Positions 18,996 through 28,960 of a stretch of 64,000 nucleotides of DNA are shown one piece after another. Source of the DNA: Candidatus Marinacidobacterales bacterium (GTDB lineage Bacteria > Acidobacteriota > Vicinamibacteria > Marinacidobacterales > SMYC01); NCBI GenBank assembly GCA_965224085.1, contig CBDCYI010000005.1, positions 1,696,001 through 1,760,000 on the forward strand, read 5' to 3'. The translations under genes and the position numbers were made by a program. The notes below the pieces were generated by a model that made no database searches, was not told the origin of the DNA, and saw only the letters and a list, made by a program, of their open reading frames with translations. The stretch's first letter is position 1. Each line of letters starts with the position of its first letter.

Positions 18996-20612
18996 ATGGG
19001 TGTCATCAAAAGCCAGATCAAGACGAGCTCCGAAGAGTTCCGGCACAACGACGAGGTCAACCGCGCCCTCAACGAAGACCTCTCGAGAAAGCTCGAAACG
19101 ATCCGAGAAGGCGGTGGCGAGACATCCCATGCGAGGCACCGCGACCAAGGCAAGATCTTCGTCCGCGACCGCATTGCGCTCCTCATCGACGAGGGGACGC
19201 CGTTTCTGGAGCTCAGCGCCCTCGCAGGCCACGAGCTCTACGATGCCGCCGTTCCTGCCGGAGGGCTCGTCACCGGGGTAGGTCTCGTGCGCGGGCGCCA
19301 GTGCATGATCGTGGCGAACGACGCAACGGTAAAAGGCGGCACCTATTACCCGATCACCGTGAAAAAGCACCTGCGCGCACAGGAGGTAGCACTCGGGAAC
19401 CGTCTTCCATGCGTCTATCTCGTCGATAGCGGTGGCGCCTTCTTGCCGCTCCAAGCGGAAGTCTTCCCCGACCGCGATCACTTCGGCCGCATCTTTCGCA
19501 ACCAAGCGGTCCTGAGCGCTGCGCGCGTCCCGCAGATCTCTGCCGTCATGGGCATGTGCACGGCCGGGGGCGCCTACGTTCCCGCGATGAGCGATCAATC
19601 TGTCATCGTCAACGGCACCGGCACCATTTTTCTCGCGGGCCCGCCGCTCGTGAAAGCCGCGACGGGCGAAGACGTCTCAGCCGAAGATCTCGGCGGCGCG
19701 CGTGTCCACACGGAGATTTCCGGGGTCGCGGATCACTTCGCTGAAGACGACGAGCACGCTCTCGAGATCTTGCGCGACGTCGTCGGCCATCTCGGAGGAC
19801 GTCCCGATGCGGCCGAGGCGGCGTCTTCCCTCGAATCTCCTGAGCCTCCCGCCTACGACCCCGACGAGCTTCTCGGCGTCTGGCCACGCGATTCGAGGCG
19901 GCAAGTCGACGTGCGTGAAGTCATCGCGCGCCTCGTCGACGGAAGCCGTTTTTTCGAGTTCAAGAAGCGCTACGGGACGACACTCGTCACCGGCTTCGCG
20001 CATATCGAAGGGATGCGCGTCGGCATCATTGCGAATAACGGTGTTTTGTTCAGCGAGAGTGCTTTGAAAGCAACCCATTTCATTGAGCTCTGCACTGCGG
20101 AGAAAGTGCCGCTTCTCTTCTTGCAGAACATCACGGGCTTCATGGTTGGCGCGCAGTACGAGCGCGGCGGTATCGCGAAAGACGGTGCGAAGTTGGTGCA
20201 CGCTGTCGCCACCGCACGCGTACCGAAGCTCACGCTCATCCTCGGAGGCAGCTTCGGCGCCGGCAATTACGGCATGTGCGGGCGGGCTTACGATCCCCGC
20301 TTTCTATGGACGTGGCCGACGAGCCGCATCTCCGTCATGGGCGGCGAGCAAGCGGCGCAAGTCCTTATCACGGTCAAGCGCGATCAGCTCGCGCGCAAGA
20401 ACGAGACGCTCTCGAGCGACGAGGCGCGCGCGATTGCCGAACCGATTCTAGAAAAATACGAACGCGAAGGCCATCCTTATTATGCCTCTGCGCGTCTGTG
20501 GGACGACGGTGTCGTGGACATGCGCGCCACCCGTACCGTTCTTGCCTTGAGCCTCGCGACGGTTTTGAACGCACCCATCGAAGACACGCGGGTCGGCGTC
20601 TTCCGGATGTAG
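18996..20612 (+). CDS. Methylcrotonyl-CoA carboxylase-type carboxyltransferase subunit (LiuB/MccB-like)
   Basis: [63 protein letters not shown]. Confidence 0.93.
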   Translation: MGVIKSQIKTSSEEFRHNDEVNRALNEDLSRKLETIREGGGETSHARHRDQGKIFVRDRIALLIDEGTPFLELSALAGHELYDAAVPAGGLVTGVGLVRGRQCMIVANDATVKGGTYYPITVKKHLRAQEVALGNRLPCVYLVDSGGAFLPLQAEVFPDRDHFGRIFRNQAVLSAARVPQISAVMGMCTAGGAYVPAMSDQSVIVNGTGTIFLAGPPLVKAATGEDVSAEDLGGARVHTEISGVADHFAEDDEHALEILRDVVGHLGGRPDAAEAASSLESPEPPAYDPDELLGVWPRDSRRQVDVREVIARLVDGSRFFEFKKRYGTTLVTGFAHIEGMRVGIIANNGVLFSESALKATHFIELCTAEKVPLLFLQNITGFMVGAQYERGGIAKDGAKLVHAVATARVPKLTLILGGSFGAGNYGMCGRAYDPRFLWTWPTSRISVMGGEQAAQVLITVKRDQLARKNETLSSDEARAIAEPILEKYEREGHPYYASARLWDDGVVDMRATRTVLALSLATVLNAPIEDTRVGVFRM

Positions 20613-20615
20613 GTC

Positions 20616-22466
20616 ATGGCACGAACGACAACGCTTCGAATCGCGAATGCCGGCGGCTATTGGGGTGACGACCCTTATGCGATGCGCCGGCAAATTCTCG
20701 GCGATCTTCCCATCGACTACGTCTCGATGGACTTTCTCGCCGAGATCACGATGAGCATCTTGCAAAAACAGTTCGCCCGCGATTCGAGCGCCGGCTATGC
20801 GCGAGACTTCGTGACGCAGGTCGATCCGTTGCTCGAAGACATCAAGGAGCGCGGGATCCGTATCATCACAAATGCGGGGGGGGTAAACCCCAAAGCTTGT
20901 GCCCAAGCGCTCTTCGCGGTCGCGAAGGCGCGCGGCGTCGATCTCAAAGTAGCGGTCGTGGGCGGTGACGACGTCGTTCCCAAGCTCGATACACTCGCCC
21001 TCGACAACATGGAAACGGGCGAGGCGCTCGGGGACTATCGCGACAAAGTGCTCTCGGCCAACGCTTATTTCGGCGCCATGCCGGTCGTCGCCGCGCTCGA
21101 AGAAGAGCCCGACATCGTGCTCTCCGGACGCGTCACCGATACGGGCATAACACTCGCAGCATTGATCCACGAGTTCGATTGGTCACCCGACGACTACGAT
21201 TACCTCGCGCAAGGCATCGTCGCTGCGCATCTCATTGAGTGCGGCGCCCAAGCGACGGGCGGGAACTTTACCGATTGGGAAAAAGTGTCGAGCTATATCG
21301 ATGTCGGCTTCCCGATTGTGGAGTTCGAGCCGGACGGCACGTTCGTTGTAACGAAACATCCCGGCTCGGGAGGCCTCGTGAGTCTACAGACGGTTCGCGA
21401 GCAATTTCTGTACGAGATGGGCCACCCGCAGGTCTACATCACGCCCGACGCCATCGCCGATTTTACGACGATGACTCTCGAGACCGATGGTGAGAACCGC
21501 GTGCGCATCCAAGGCGCCCGCGGACGGGAGCCCACCGACCAGCTGAAAGTCTCGACAGCGCTCGACGACGGCTTCAAATCCGCGGGGACCCTCATCATCT
21601 CGGGCCCTGACGCCCGCGCCAAAGCCGAAATGTTCGCGTCGATCTTTTGGACGCGGCTCGCCGCCGAGCTCGAGCGCGAAGGCTTGACGCCTTTCGAAGC
21701 CACCCATACCGAGTTCATCGGCGACGACGCCACTCATCGTGGCCTCACGCCCGAGCACCGCGCGGTGGAGATCTTGTTGCGCCTTGCCGCGCGCGATCAC
21801 GAACGGCGCAAGATCGAGATCTTTCGCAAGCTGCTGCCCGGTCTCATCTTGAGTGGACCGGGCGGTGTGGCAGTCACGGGAGGAGCGCCTTACATCTCGA
21901 ACGTCGTGCGTTACTGGCCGAGCCTCATCGAGCAAGCGGCAGCGCCTGCGTCGCTCGCCGTGTACGAGAACGGTGAGGCCGTCCTGGAACGAGAAAATCT
22001 GAACTGGCCCGAGACGGGCGGCACGATGGAGCCCCCCGGAGGACTCGACGATCCGCACCCGACGTCGATGCTCGACGCCCTCGCGGGCGACCAAGTGGAA
22101 GTCCCGCTCATGGCCATCGCGCATGCTCGAAGCGGCGACAAAGGCGATACGGCCAATATCGGTCTCATCGGCCGGAGCGCGGCGTCCTATGTCTGGCTGC
22201 GGGAGCAAGTGAGCGCCGAGCGCCTGCGCGGTTGGTTCGAAGGCATCGTACACGGCGAGGTCCACCGCTATCTCGTGCCGAATCTTTGGGCGCTGAATTT
22301 TCTGCTCGATGAATCGCTTGGAGGCGGCGGCACCGTCAGCCTCTATACCGACGCTCAAGGCAAGACCTACGGCCAAGCGCTTCTTCGCTGCCGGGTGCTC
22401 GTCCCCGCAAAGCTTCTCGAGACGATTGCGGCCTGTGATCGGCCTTCGGGGAAGGAGCTTTCGTGA
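20616..22466 (+). CDS. atuA: Acyclic terpene utilization AtuA family protein
   Basis: RIANAGGYWGD, DFLAEITM, NAGGVNP, SANAYFG, ECGAQATGGN, ARSGDKGD, DAQGK. Confidence 0.88.
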   Translation: MARTTTLRIANAGGYWGDDPYAMRRQILGDLPIDYVSMDFLAEITMSILQKQFARDSSAGYARDFVTQVDPLLEDIKERGIRIITNAGGVNPKACAQALFAVAKARGVDLKVAVVGGDDVVPKLDTLALDNMETGEALGDYRDKVLSANAYFGAMPVVAALEEEPDIVLSGRVTDTGITLAALIHEFDWSPDDYDYLAQGIVAAHLIECGAQATGGNFTDWEKVSSYIDVGFPIVEFEPDGTFVVTKHPGSGGLVSLQTVREQFLYEMGHPQVYITPDAIADFTTMTLETDGENRVRIQGARGREPTDQLKVSTALDDGFKSAGTLIISGPDARAKAEMFASIFWTRLAAELEREGLTPFEATHTEFIGDDATHRGLTPEHRAVEILLRLAARDHERRKIEIFRKLLPGLILSGPGGVAVTGGAPYISNVVRYWPSLIEQAAAPASLAVYENGEAVLERENLNWPETGGTMEPPGGLDDPHPTSMLDALAGDQVEVPLMAIAHARSGDKGDTANIGLIGRSAASYVWLREQVSAERLRGWFEGIVHGEVHRYLVPNLWALNFLLDESLGGGGTVSLYTDAQGKTYGQALLRCRVLVPAKLLETIAACDRPSGKELS

Positions 22467-23317
22467 AGGACTTTCTCGTCGATGGGATCCTCACCGAAGC
22501 GTCCACGCTGCGCGTGGAGTCGCTCTCGCTCGGGGTAAAGCGGATCGTATTCGCGCGCCCCGACGTGCGAAACGCTTTCGACGAAACGATGATGCAAGAG
22601 CTCGGAGGCGTGCTCGACCAACTCGCCTCGATACCCGACGCGCAGCAAATGCGTCTTTTGATCCTCGAAGGCGAAGGCAAAGTCTTCAGCGCCGGCGCCG
22701 ACCTCGGCTACATGAAGCGGCTCGCTCTGAAGAGTGAAGCCGAGAGCTTCGAAGATGCAAAGACGCTCGCGCAGCTCTTCTATCGTCTCGCGGATTTCCC
22801 GGCGCCTGTTCTCGCCGTCGTCCAAGGCGCGGCGATTGGCGGCGGGCTCGGTCTCGCCGTATGCGCAGACTACGTGCTCGCGGAGGAAGAAGCGCGCTTC
22901 GCGACGTCCGAAGTGCTTCTCGGGATCGTCCCGGGCGTGATCAGCCCTTACATCGTCCGGAAGATCGGGCTCGGTGCGGCGGCACCGATGATGATGACCG
23001 GCAAGAGACTCTCGGCGACTGAAGCCAAGGAGCTCGGTCTCGTCCAGAGCCTCACCAGTGCCCGTCACCGAGCCGCGGTGCTTCAAGACGTCGTGCTCGA
23101 GTTCCTGGCTGCGGGCCCCGAAGCGGCGCGCCGCACCAAAGCGCTCCTGAAGGAGGCGTTGCCTTTGCCCGGCCCCGAGCTCATCGAGTTCACCGCGCGT
23201 CAGATAGCGGAAGCTCGCTGCTCGCCGGAAGGCCAGATGGGCCTAGAGTCTTTTTTCAGCAAGACGGCGCCAGCCTGGGCCGAGCGAGTAACGCTGCTCA
23301 GAAAGTCGTCTTCCTAG
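22463..23317 (+). CDS. Enoyl-CoA hydratase (methylglutaconyl-CoA hydratase-like)
   Basis: RPDVRNAFD, FSAGADL, GAAIGGGLGL, SEVLLGIVP.VISPY. Confidence 0.88.
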   Translation: MKDFLVDGILTEASTLRVESLSLGVKRIVFARPDVRNAFDETMMQELGGVLDQLASIPDAQQMRLLILEGEGKVFSAGADLGYMKRLALKSEAESFEDAKTLAQLFYRLADFPAPVLAVVQGAAIGGGLGLAVCADYVLAEEEARFATSEVLLGIVPGVISPYIVRKIGLGAAAPMMMTGKRLSATEAKELGLVQSLTSARHRAAVLQDVVLEFLAAGPEAARRTKALLKEALPLPGPELIEFTARQIAEARCSPEGQMGLESFFSKTAPAWAERVTLLRKSSS

Positions 23318-25302
23318 TGAAGAAGCTCGTCATTGCCAACCGTGGCGAGATCGCGCGACGCATCCTGCGCTCGGCGCGCGATCGAGGCTACGCCGTTGCC
23401 GTGATCTCGACGCCCGAAGATGCCGATGCCCTCGTGCGCCTGGAGGCGGACGACGTCCTCGAAGTCTCGAGCTTTCTCGCCGCGGACGCGATCGTCTCTG
23501 CTGCGAAGACGTGGGGCGCTACCCTGCTGCATCCAGGCTATGGTTTCCTCTCGGAGAACGCGGATTTTGCCACAGCCGTCGAGAGCGTTTCCATTGGATT
23601 CGTCGGTCCCACGGCCGACGCTATGCGTCAGCTCGGCAACAAAGAGCGCGCCAACGCTCTCGCCGAAGCGAGCGCTGTGCCGACACTTCCTTCGGTGCGT
23701 TCGGACGCGCTCGATGAGTTCGATGCTAGCGGTCTCGAGCCGCCTTATCTCGTGAAGGCGGCCGGCGGCGGCGGCGGCCGCGGGATGCGCATCGTCGAAA
23801 CAAGAGACGCACTCGACGCGGCGCTCGAGCGCGCCTCGGAGGAAGCCGCGGCGGGTTTTTCTGACCCCACCGTTTTCATTGAGCGCTTCTTGCCGAACCC
23901 GCGCCACATCGAGATCCAAGTCTTCGGTGATGGCCAAGGCAAGGGCGTCGTGCTCGGCGAGCGCGAGTGCTCGATGCAGCGGCGCTTCCAGAAAGTCATC
24001 GAAGAAGCGCCGAGTCCCATCGTTGGCGCGCCTCTCCGGAAGAAGATGGGCAAAGCGGCGCTCACGCTGGTTGCGAACACGCGTTATCGCGGTGCAGGTA
24101 CGGTCGAGTTTCTGCTCGATGACGACGGCCAGTTCTACTTCCTCGAAGTCAATACGCGGCTTCAAGTCGAGCACCCCGTGACCGAAGCGGTCTACGACAT
24201 TGATCTCGTCGGTGCTCAGTTCGACCTTGCCGAAGGCAGGTGGCCGGCTGAGTTCCCCGCCCTTGGTTCAGAGCCGATTCTCGAGCCACGGCATTGGTCC
24301 ATCGAAGCGCGCGTGCTCGCAGAAGATCCTCGAGCGGACTTTCTGCCGACGCCCGGGCCGCTCCTCCGATACCGCGAGCCTTCTGGTGAAGGCGTGCGCG
24401 TCGATTCAGGTGTAAGTGAGGGCGGCCGTGTCCACGCGCAGTTCGACTCGATGATCGCAAAGGTGATCGCCACGGCCGAGACCCGCGCCGAAGCTATAGA
24501 GAGGCTCGCGACCGCTCTCGCTTCGTTTGTCGTGCACGGCACGAGGACGAACATCCCGTTTCTTCAAGCGGTCCTCCGGCACCGCGATTTTCGCAGTGGG
24601 GACTTTTCCACCCATTGGATTCTTGACCACCTCGAAGAGCTCAACCGGTCGCTTCTGCCGGAAAGTCTTGAGTCGCGGCTTTTGACACCCGGGTTTCGCG
24701 AGCAGCTCTCCGTCGCGCTTCGCGGCCCGAGCACGGTCGGCCGTTTCGCGGCGCGCTTTCGCGGGCTCGGGAACGACCTCGCGCGCATCGGCAGCCGTCG
24801 CGAGCAGCGCGGTGTCGAGCTCGAGATGAACCCTGTCACTGGGCAGGCGGTGTTGTGGGGCGACGGGATCGCGCACGCTTTGGCGGAATCGACGATGAGC
24901 GCGCGCTTCGACGCGGCGCTAGAAAGTGCTATCGATCAAGCGCGCCGGGAGCCTTCGCGCGTGCGCGTCGAGGCCACCGCGACGGCGCTCGACCCGAGCC
25001 GCATGGAGCTCAGCGTGTTCGGCGAGACCCTTTGTCTCGAGGACCCGCGTGCGCTCAGCCACCGCCGCGTAAAGCTCGCCGCGAGCGATGGAGAAGTGCG
25101 AGCGCCGATGGCCGGGAAGGTCCTCGAGATTCGTGTCGAAGAGGGTGCTGTCGTCGAGGAAGGCGAGGTTCTCATCATTGTGGAATCGATGAAGATGCAG
25201 CTCGAAGTCCACGCACCGATCGCAGGAAGGGTCGACAAGCTCCTCGTGGCCTCGGGCGAGATACTCGACGGCCCCGACGTGATGGCCGTCCTTGCGCCTT
25301 GA
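23317..25302 (+). CDS. Acyl-CoA carboxylase alpha subunit (biotin carboxylase + BCCP)
   Basis: IANRGEIA, HPGYGFLSEN, GGGGRGMR, RECSMQRR.QK, EVNTRLQVEHPVTE, ESMKM biotin site. Confidence 0.93.
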   Translation: MKKLVIANRGEIARRILRSARDRGYAVAVISTPEDADALVRLEADDVLEVSSFLAADAIVSAAKTWGATLLHPGYGFLSENADFATAVESVSIGFVGPTADAMRQLGNKERANALAEASAVPTLPSVRSDALDEFDASGLEPPYLVKAAGGGGGRGMRIVETRDALDAALERASEEAAAGFSDPTVFIERFLPNPRHIEIQVFGDGQGKGVVLGERECSMQRRFQKVIEEAPSPIVGAPLRKKMGKAALTLVANTRYRGAGTVEFLLDDDGQFYFLEVNTRLQVEHPVTEAVYDIDLVGAQFDLAEGRWPAEFPALGSEPILEPRHWSIEARVLAEDPRADFLPTPGPLLRYREPSGEGVRVDSGVSEGGRVHAQFDSMIAKVIATAETRAEAIERLATALASFVVHGTRTNIPFLQAVLRHRDFRSGDFSTHWILDHLEELNRSLLPESLESRLLTPGFREQLSVALRGPSTVGRFAARFRGLGNDLARIGSRREQRGVELEMNPVTGQAVLWGDGIAHALAESTMSARFDAALESAIDQARREPSRVRVEATATALDPSRMELSVFGETLCLEDPRALSHRRVKLAASDGEVRAPMAGKVLEIRVEEGAVVEEGEVLIIVESMKMQLEVHAPIAGRVDKLLVASGEILDGPDVMAVLAP

Positions 25303-25329
25303 TTGCGGAAGCGCCTTAGCAGCAGTACT

Positions 25330-26275
25330 CTACCGCCTCGGAATCGCCGATCGCGAGTTCGACTGGTGCGAGCAAGAGCTCCGAAAAGCCGCCCGTGAGA
25401 TGGGCTTCGGTGACGACGTCATGGCGGCGATCGAGAAGGTGAAAACGCTCTACGTTCCGCCCGGAGAGCAGCCGAACCTGATCCGCGATCTTGCTCGCGA
25501 GGCGGAAACTTACGTCTTGGAGCACGATCTCTTGACCGTTTCTCCGCTCGCCCGTGAAGTCTGGCGCATGCGGATGATGACGCCCGAGCGGCAAAAGGTG
25601 AACCCGTTCTTCACCGGCGGCGAGGTCATCAGCGTGTCCTTTCCTACCGACAGTATGGATCACGCCGACAAGCTGATGAGCCTCCGAGGCAACAACATCC
25701 ACTTTGCCTGCGCCACGGTGTTTCACGAGCTCATTCCGGGGACATCACCTCCAGGGATTCATGAACCGGCGTTACAACTCTCACCGGCGGGCGTTCCGCA
25801 CGCCGTTCTGGGGTGAAGGGTGGGCCCTCTACTGGGAGATGTTTCTCTGGGATCGCGGCTTCCAGCGGAGTCCGGAGGACCGGGTCGGGATGCTCTTCTG
25901 GAGGATGCATCGCGCCTCACGCATCCTCTTTTCGCTCGGATTCCACCTGGGCCGCATGACCCTCGAGCACTGCGTGGAGCTTCTCGTGGAGCGAGGCGGC
26001 CACGAAGTCGCGAACGCGGAAGCGGAAGTGCGTCGGTCCTTCAACGGTTCCTACCCGCCGCTCTACCAGCTTGCCTACATGATGGGCGGGTTGCAGTTTC
26101 GCGCTCTCCACCACGAGATGGTGAGCTCGGGCCAGATGACGAACCGCGAGTTCCACGACGCGGTGCTCCGGGGCGGCTCTATACCTATCGAGATGGTGCG
26201 GTGCGGGTGAAAAAGGAGCGCATCCCACGCGCCTACGCCACGAGATGGAAGTTCGAGGGTGAGCTCGAGAACTGA
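25330..26275 (+). pseudogene. 5'-truncated, frameshifted DUF885 family gene
   Basis: VFHELIPG|HHLQ split by an extra G at about 25740; EGWALYWE, YQLAYMMGG; second shift near 26200 (EMVR...RWKF); no start or N-terminus. Confidence 0.78.
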
Positions 26276-26388
26276 CGACAGAGACGTTCCGCATACACGA
26301 CGTGAAACGCCAGTTGGCCGACGAAGAGTTCGAGGCTCTCGGAAAAGGACGACCCAATGAGACCAGGCGTCGCTCACTACAGTGAGGA

Positions 26389-26420
26389 CAGCCGATGGCC
26401 AGTCAAGCGGCCATCGGCTG
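26389..26420. repeat. Perfect 12-bp inverted repeat
   Basis: CAGCCGATGGCC-agtcaagc-GGCCATCGGCTG upstream of the amidase. Confidence 0.7.
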
Positions 26421-26472
26421 ACGAAGTTCGAGAGGGGGGCTGGCAGCAAAGCCGACCCACTGATAGGCTTCG

Positions 26473-28806
26473 GTGATGACGAATCTCACGCGAGGGTTCG
26501 GTGTCGTTGTTCTAATCGGTTCGACGGGGGTTTTCGCACAGAGCAGTTTTCAGATCGAGGAAGCAACCATCGACGACATTCACGCGGCGATCCAGCAAGG
26601 CGAAACGACATGTGTGCAGGTTGTACAGGCCTACGTCGATCGCGCGAGAGCGTATAACGGAATCTGCACTCAGCTCGTAACCGAAGACGGCGGGCCGATT
26701 ACTCCAGAGATGGGAACCGTACGAGCCGGCTCCCCGCTCGTGTTCCCGTCGACCTCCGTTGCCGTGAGTGAGATTCTGCCCGATTACGACGACTATGACG
26801 GTTTGCCAATAGAGTTTGGCCGCATGGAAGCAACGCGGTCGGACCCGAACGTCCAACAGCAATACGGCATGCTGGCCGGCATGAGGGACGCGGGCCAGCT
26901 CAATGCGCTGAGTACGCTCAATCTTCGCGGCGAGCGGTCGGTGACCTGTCAGGCCGAGTGCGATAGGCACCCGTCGGGTGGCGGTCTTCCCGCACGCTGT
27001 CCGGCCGGATGCGAAGCGTTTCGGCAACAGCCCGACGCTCTCGAACGAGCTGCCGAGCTCGATGCACAATACGGCAGGAATCCCGATCTCGGCACGATGC
27101 CGGTCTACTGCGCCGTACTCTCGTTCAAAGACGTCTTCGACACCGCGGACATGCGCGCGACCGGTGGCGCCGATGCGAGTTACGCGATGGATGCAGCACC
27201 CGAGGACGCGACGATCGTCGCCGAGTTGCGCGCCAAGGGCGCCATTATCTACGCCAAGGCCAATCTCTCCGAGTACAATGCGGGTGGCGGGAACCCCGGG
27301 GGTGCCAAGGCCGGTACGCGAACGTTCGGCGCCGGTGCCCGCAGCAGCTGGGCCGGCACATCGTGCAATGTCTACGACACAGCGCGCGAAACCGGCGGTT
27401 CGAGCTCCGGCTCCGCCGTGTCGGTCGGCGCCAATCTCGTCAGCTGTTCTATTTGCGAGGAGACCGGCGGATCGTGCCGGCAGCCGGCATGGCGCAACGG
27501 CGTCGTCGGTTTCGTGACGACCAAAGGTCTGATGCCTTACGGCGGATCGATCGGCGTGGAACCCTACCTCGACCGGGCAGGCATCAACTGCCGCACCGTG
27601 AAAGATGCGGCTATGATCCTCGATGCGCTCGAGCACCCGGAACGCGGCTACTATGATCCGCGAGATATCTACAGCGCCCTACCGCGCGTCTTCGTGTCTC
27701 CCGAGCCCTACACGAGCTTCGTCGTTGATGTAGAGGCCATGGGGCGCAAGCCGCTGGCGGGTATCCGCATCGGTGTCGTCCGAGAGTATATGGTCAAGCA
27801 CACCGACAACGATGCCGCGATGAGCGACCTCGTCAACGAGGAGATCGTTCGCGTGCTGCGCGATGAGCTGGGGGCGGAGATCGTCGAATCTTTCGATCCG
27901 GAATACCCGGACGACCCCGCGATCCCGAACATGGCGTACAACTTTCAGCACGCGATCGCCGAGATTCTGCCGGTGCATATGCCGGAGTACATTCAGGAAC
28001 AGGACAAGGACGGCGAGTACAAGTTCGCCGTACCTGGCTACGACGTGACGACTCGCGACTATCTCGTCAAAGCCGCCGAAGGCAAGGCTGCGCTGTCGAA
28101 AGACTTGAACCTCCGCAGTATCAACAACTCGCCCGCAACAGCGAGCTTCAGCTTCCACCTGGCGCAGTATTTGATGCGCCGCGCGGATTCCACGGTGAAC
28201 AACTGGTCGACCCTGAACGCCAATTCGAATTACTACACGGAGTCTCGCACCGTCGCGATGCGCAATTGGGAGTACAAACAGAACATCGCATCGGACGGCA
28301 TCACGCGACGGGTCAAGATGCGTGACGTCATGCGGCTGGTCGTGCTCAACGTAATGCATCGGAACGACCTCGACCTGTTCGTCAATCCGTCGATAACGAT
28401 CCCCCCGACGCGAATCGGTTATGCGGGCGAGCCGTCGGTCAAAGACCGCCCGCGGGGTCGGTTTCCGACGAGTGCGAACCTAGGCGTTCCCGAGCTCACG
28501 GTGCCGGCCGGCTTCAATCGAGTGGTCTACGAGCCTAAGTACGTTCTCAACGACGACAAGGACGACTATGACCGTGTCACCAACAGCGAGGAGACCCAGC
28601 TCGAATCTCCGCTACCTGTAGGAATCTCGTTTTGGGCCGGACCCGGCGATGAGCCGATACTCCTGCGCGCAGCTTCGGCCTATGAAGTCGCAACGAAGCA
28701 TCGCAAGGCGCCACCCGATTTTGGGCCCGTCGTCGCCGACAGCCCGAGGATCCCGATTCTGAAGTGCTGCCAAACGAGATGTTGTAGAAGAGCGGACGAG
28801 GATTAA
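26473..28806 (+). CDS. Secreted amidase-signature family protein
   Basis: Signal peptide (VFA-Q), EATIDDIH, KDVFDT, GGSSSGS, ETGGSCRQPA, LPVGISF. Confidence 0.88.
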   Translation: MMTNLTRGFGVVVLIGSTGVFAQSSFQIEEATIDDIHAAIQQGETTCVQVVQAYVDRARAYNGICTQLVTEDGGPITPEMGTVRAGSPLVFPSTSVAVSEILPDYDDYDGLPIEFGRMEATRSDPNVQQQYGMLAGMRDAGQLNALSTLNLRGERSVTCQAECDRHPSGGGLPARCPAGCEAFRQQPDALERAAELDAQYGRNPDLGTMPVYCAVLSFKDVFDTADMRATGGADASYAMDAAPEDATIVAELRAKGAIIYAKANLSEYNAGGGNPGGAKAGTRTFGAGARSSWAGTSCNVYDTARETGGSSSGSAVSVGANLVSCSICEETGGSCRQPAWRNGVVGFVTTKGLMPYGGSIGVEPYLDRAGINCRTVKDAAMILDALEHPERGYYDPRDIYSALPRVFVSPEPYTSFVVDVEAMGRKPLAGIRIGVVREYMVKHTDNDAAMSDLVNEEIVRVLRDELGAEIVESFDPEYPDDPAIPNMAYNFQHAIAEILPVHMPEYIQEQDKDGEYKFAVPGYDVTTRDYLVKAAEGKAALSKDLNLRSINNSPATASFSFHLAQYLMRRADSTVNNWSTLNANSNYYTESRTVAMRNWEYKQNIASDGITRRVKMRDVMRLVVLNVMHRNDLDLFVNPSITIPPTRIGYAGEPSVKDRPRGRFPTSANLGVPELTVPAGFNRVVYEPKYVLNDDKDDYDRVTNSEETQLESPLPVGISFWAGPGDEPILLRAASAYEVATKHRKAPPDFGPVVADSPRIPILKCCQTRCCRRADED

Positions 28807-28867
28807 GCACTAGAGAGGTTCAGGAGTCGATGGCCAAATACTCGGGCCCCCGGGGAAGACCCATTCA

Positions 28868-28953
28868 AGAGGATCGTCCTGTCGATGCGCGGCGACGATC
28901 ACCCATTCCTCCGGGAGAGGGTGCCATCGCTGCTCCCACCGTCCTTCGAGCAT
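28868..28953 (-). pseudogene. N-terminal remnant of galactose-1-phosphate uridylyltransferase (GalT)
   Basis: [21 protein letters not shown] resembles the GalT N-terminal RxxPLxxEWVxVxxHRxxRP motif, then similarity is lost; directly downstream of the sugar symporter. Confidence 0.65.
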
Positions 28954-28960
28954 GGCCTCG

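Noticed and set aside
21384-22376. Many long antisense or alternate-frame ORFs (also 2689-3702, 26512-27636, 43124-44773, 52170-53426)
   Set aside because: Expected shadows in high-GC coding DNA; Arg/Ala-rich, motif-free and overlapping well-supported genes.
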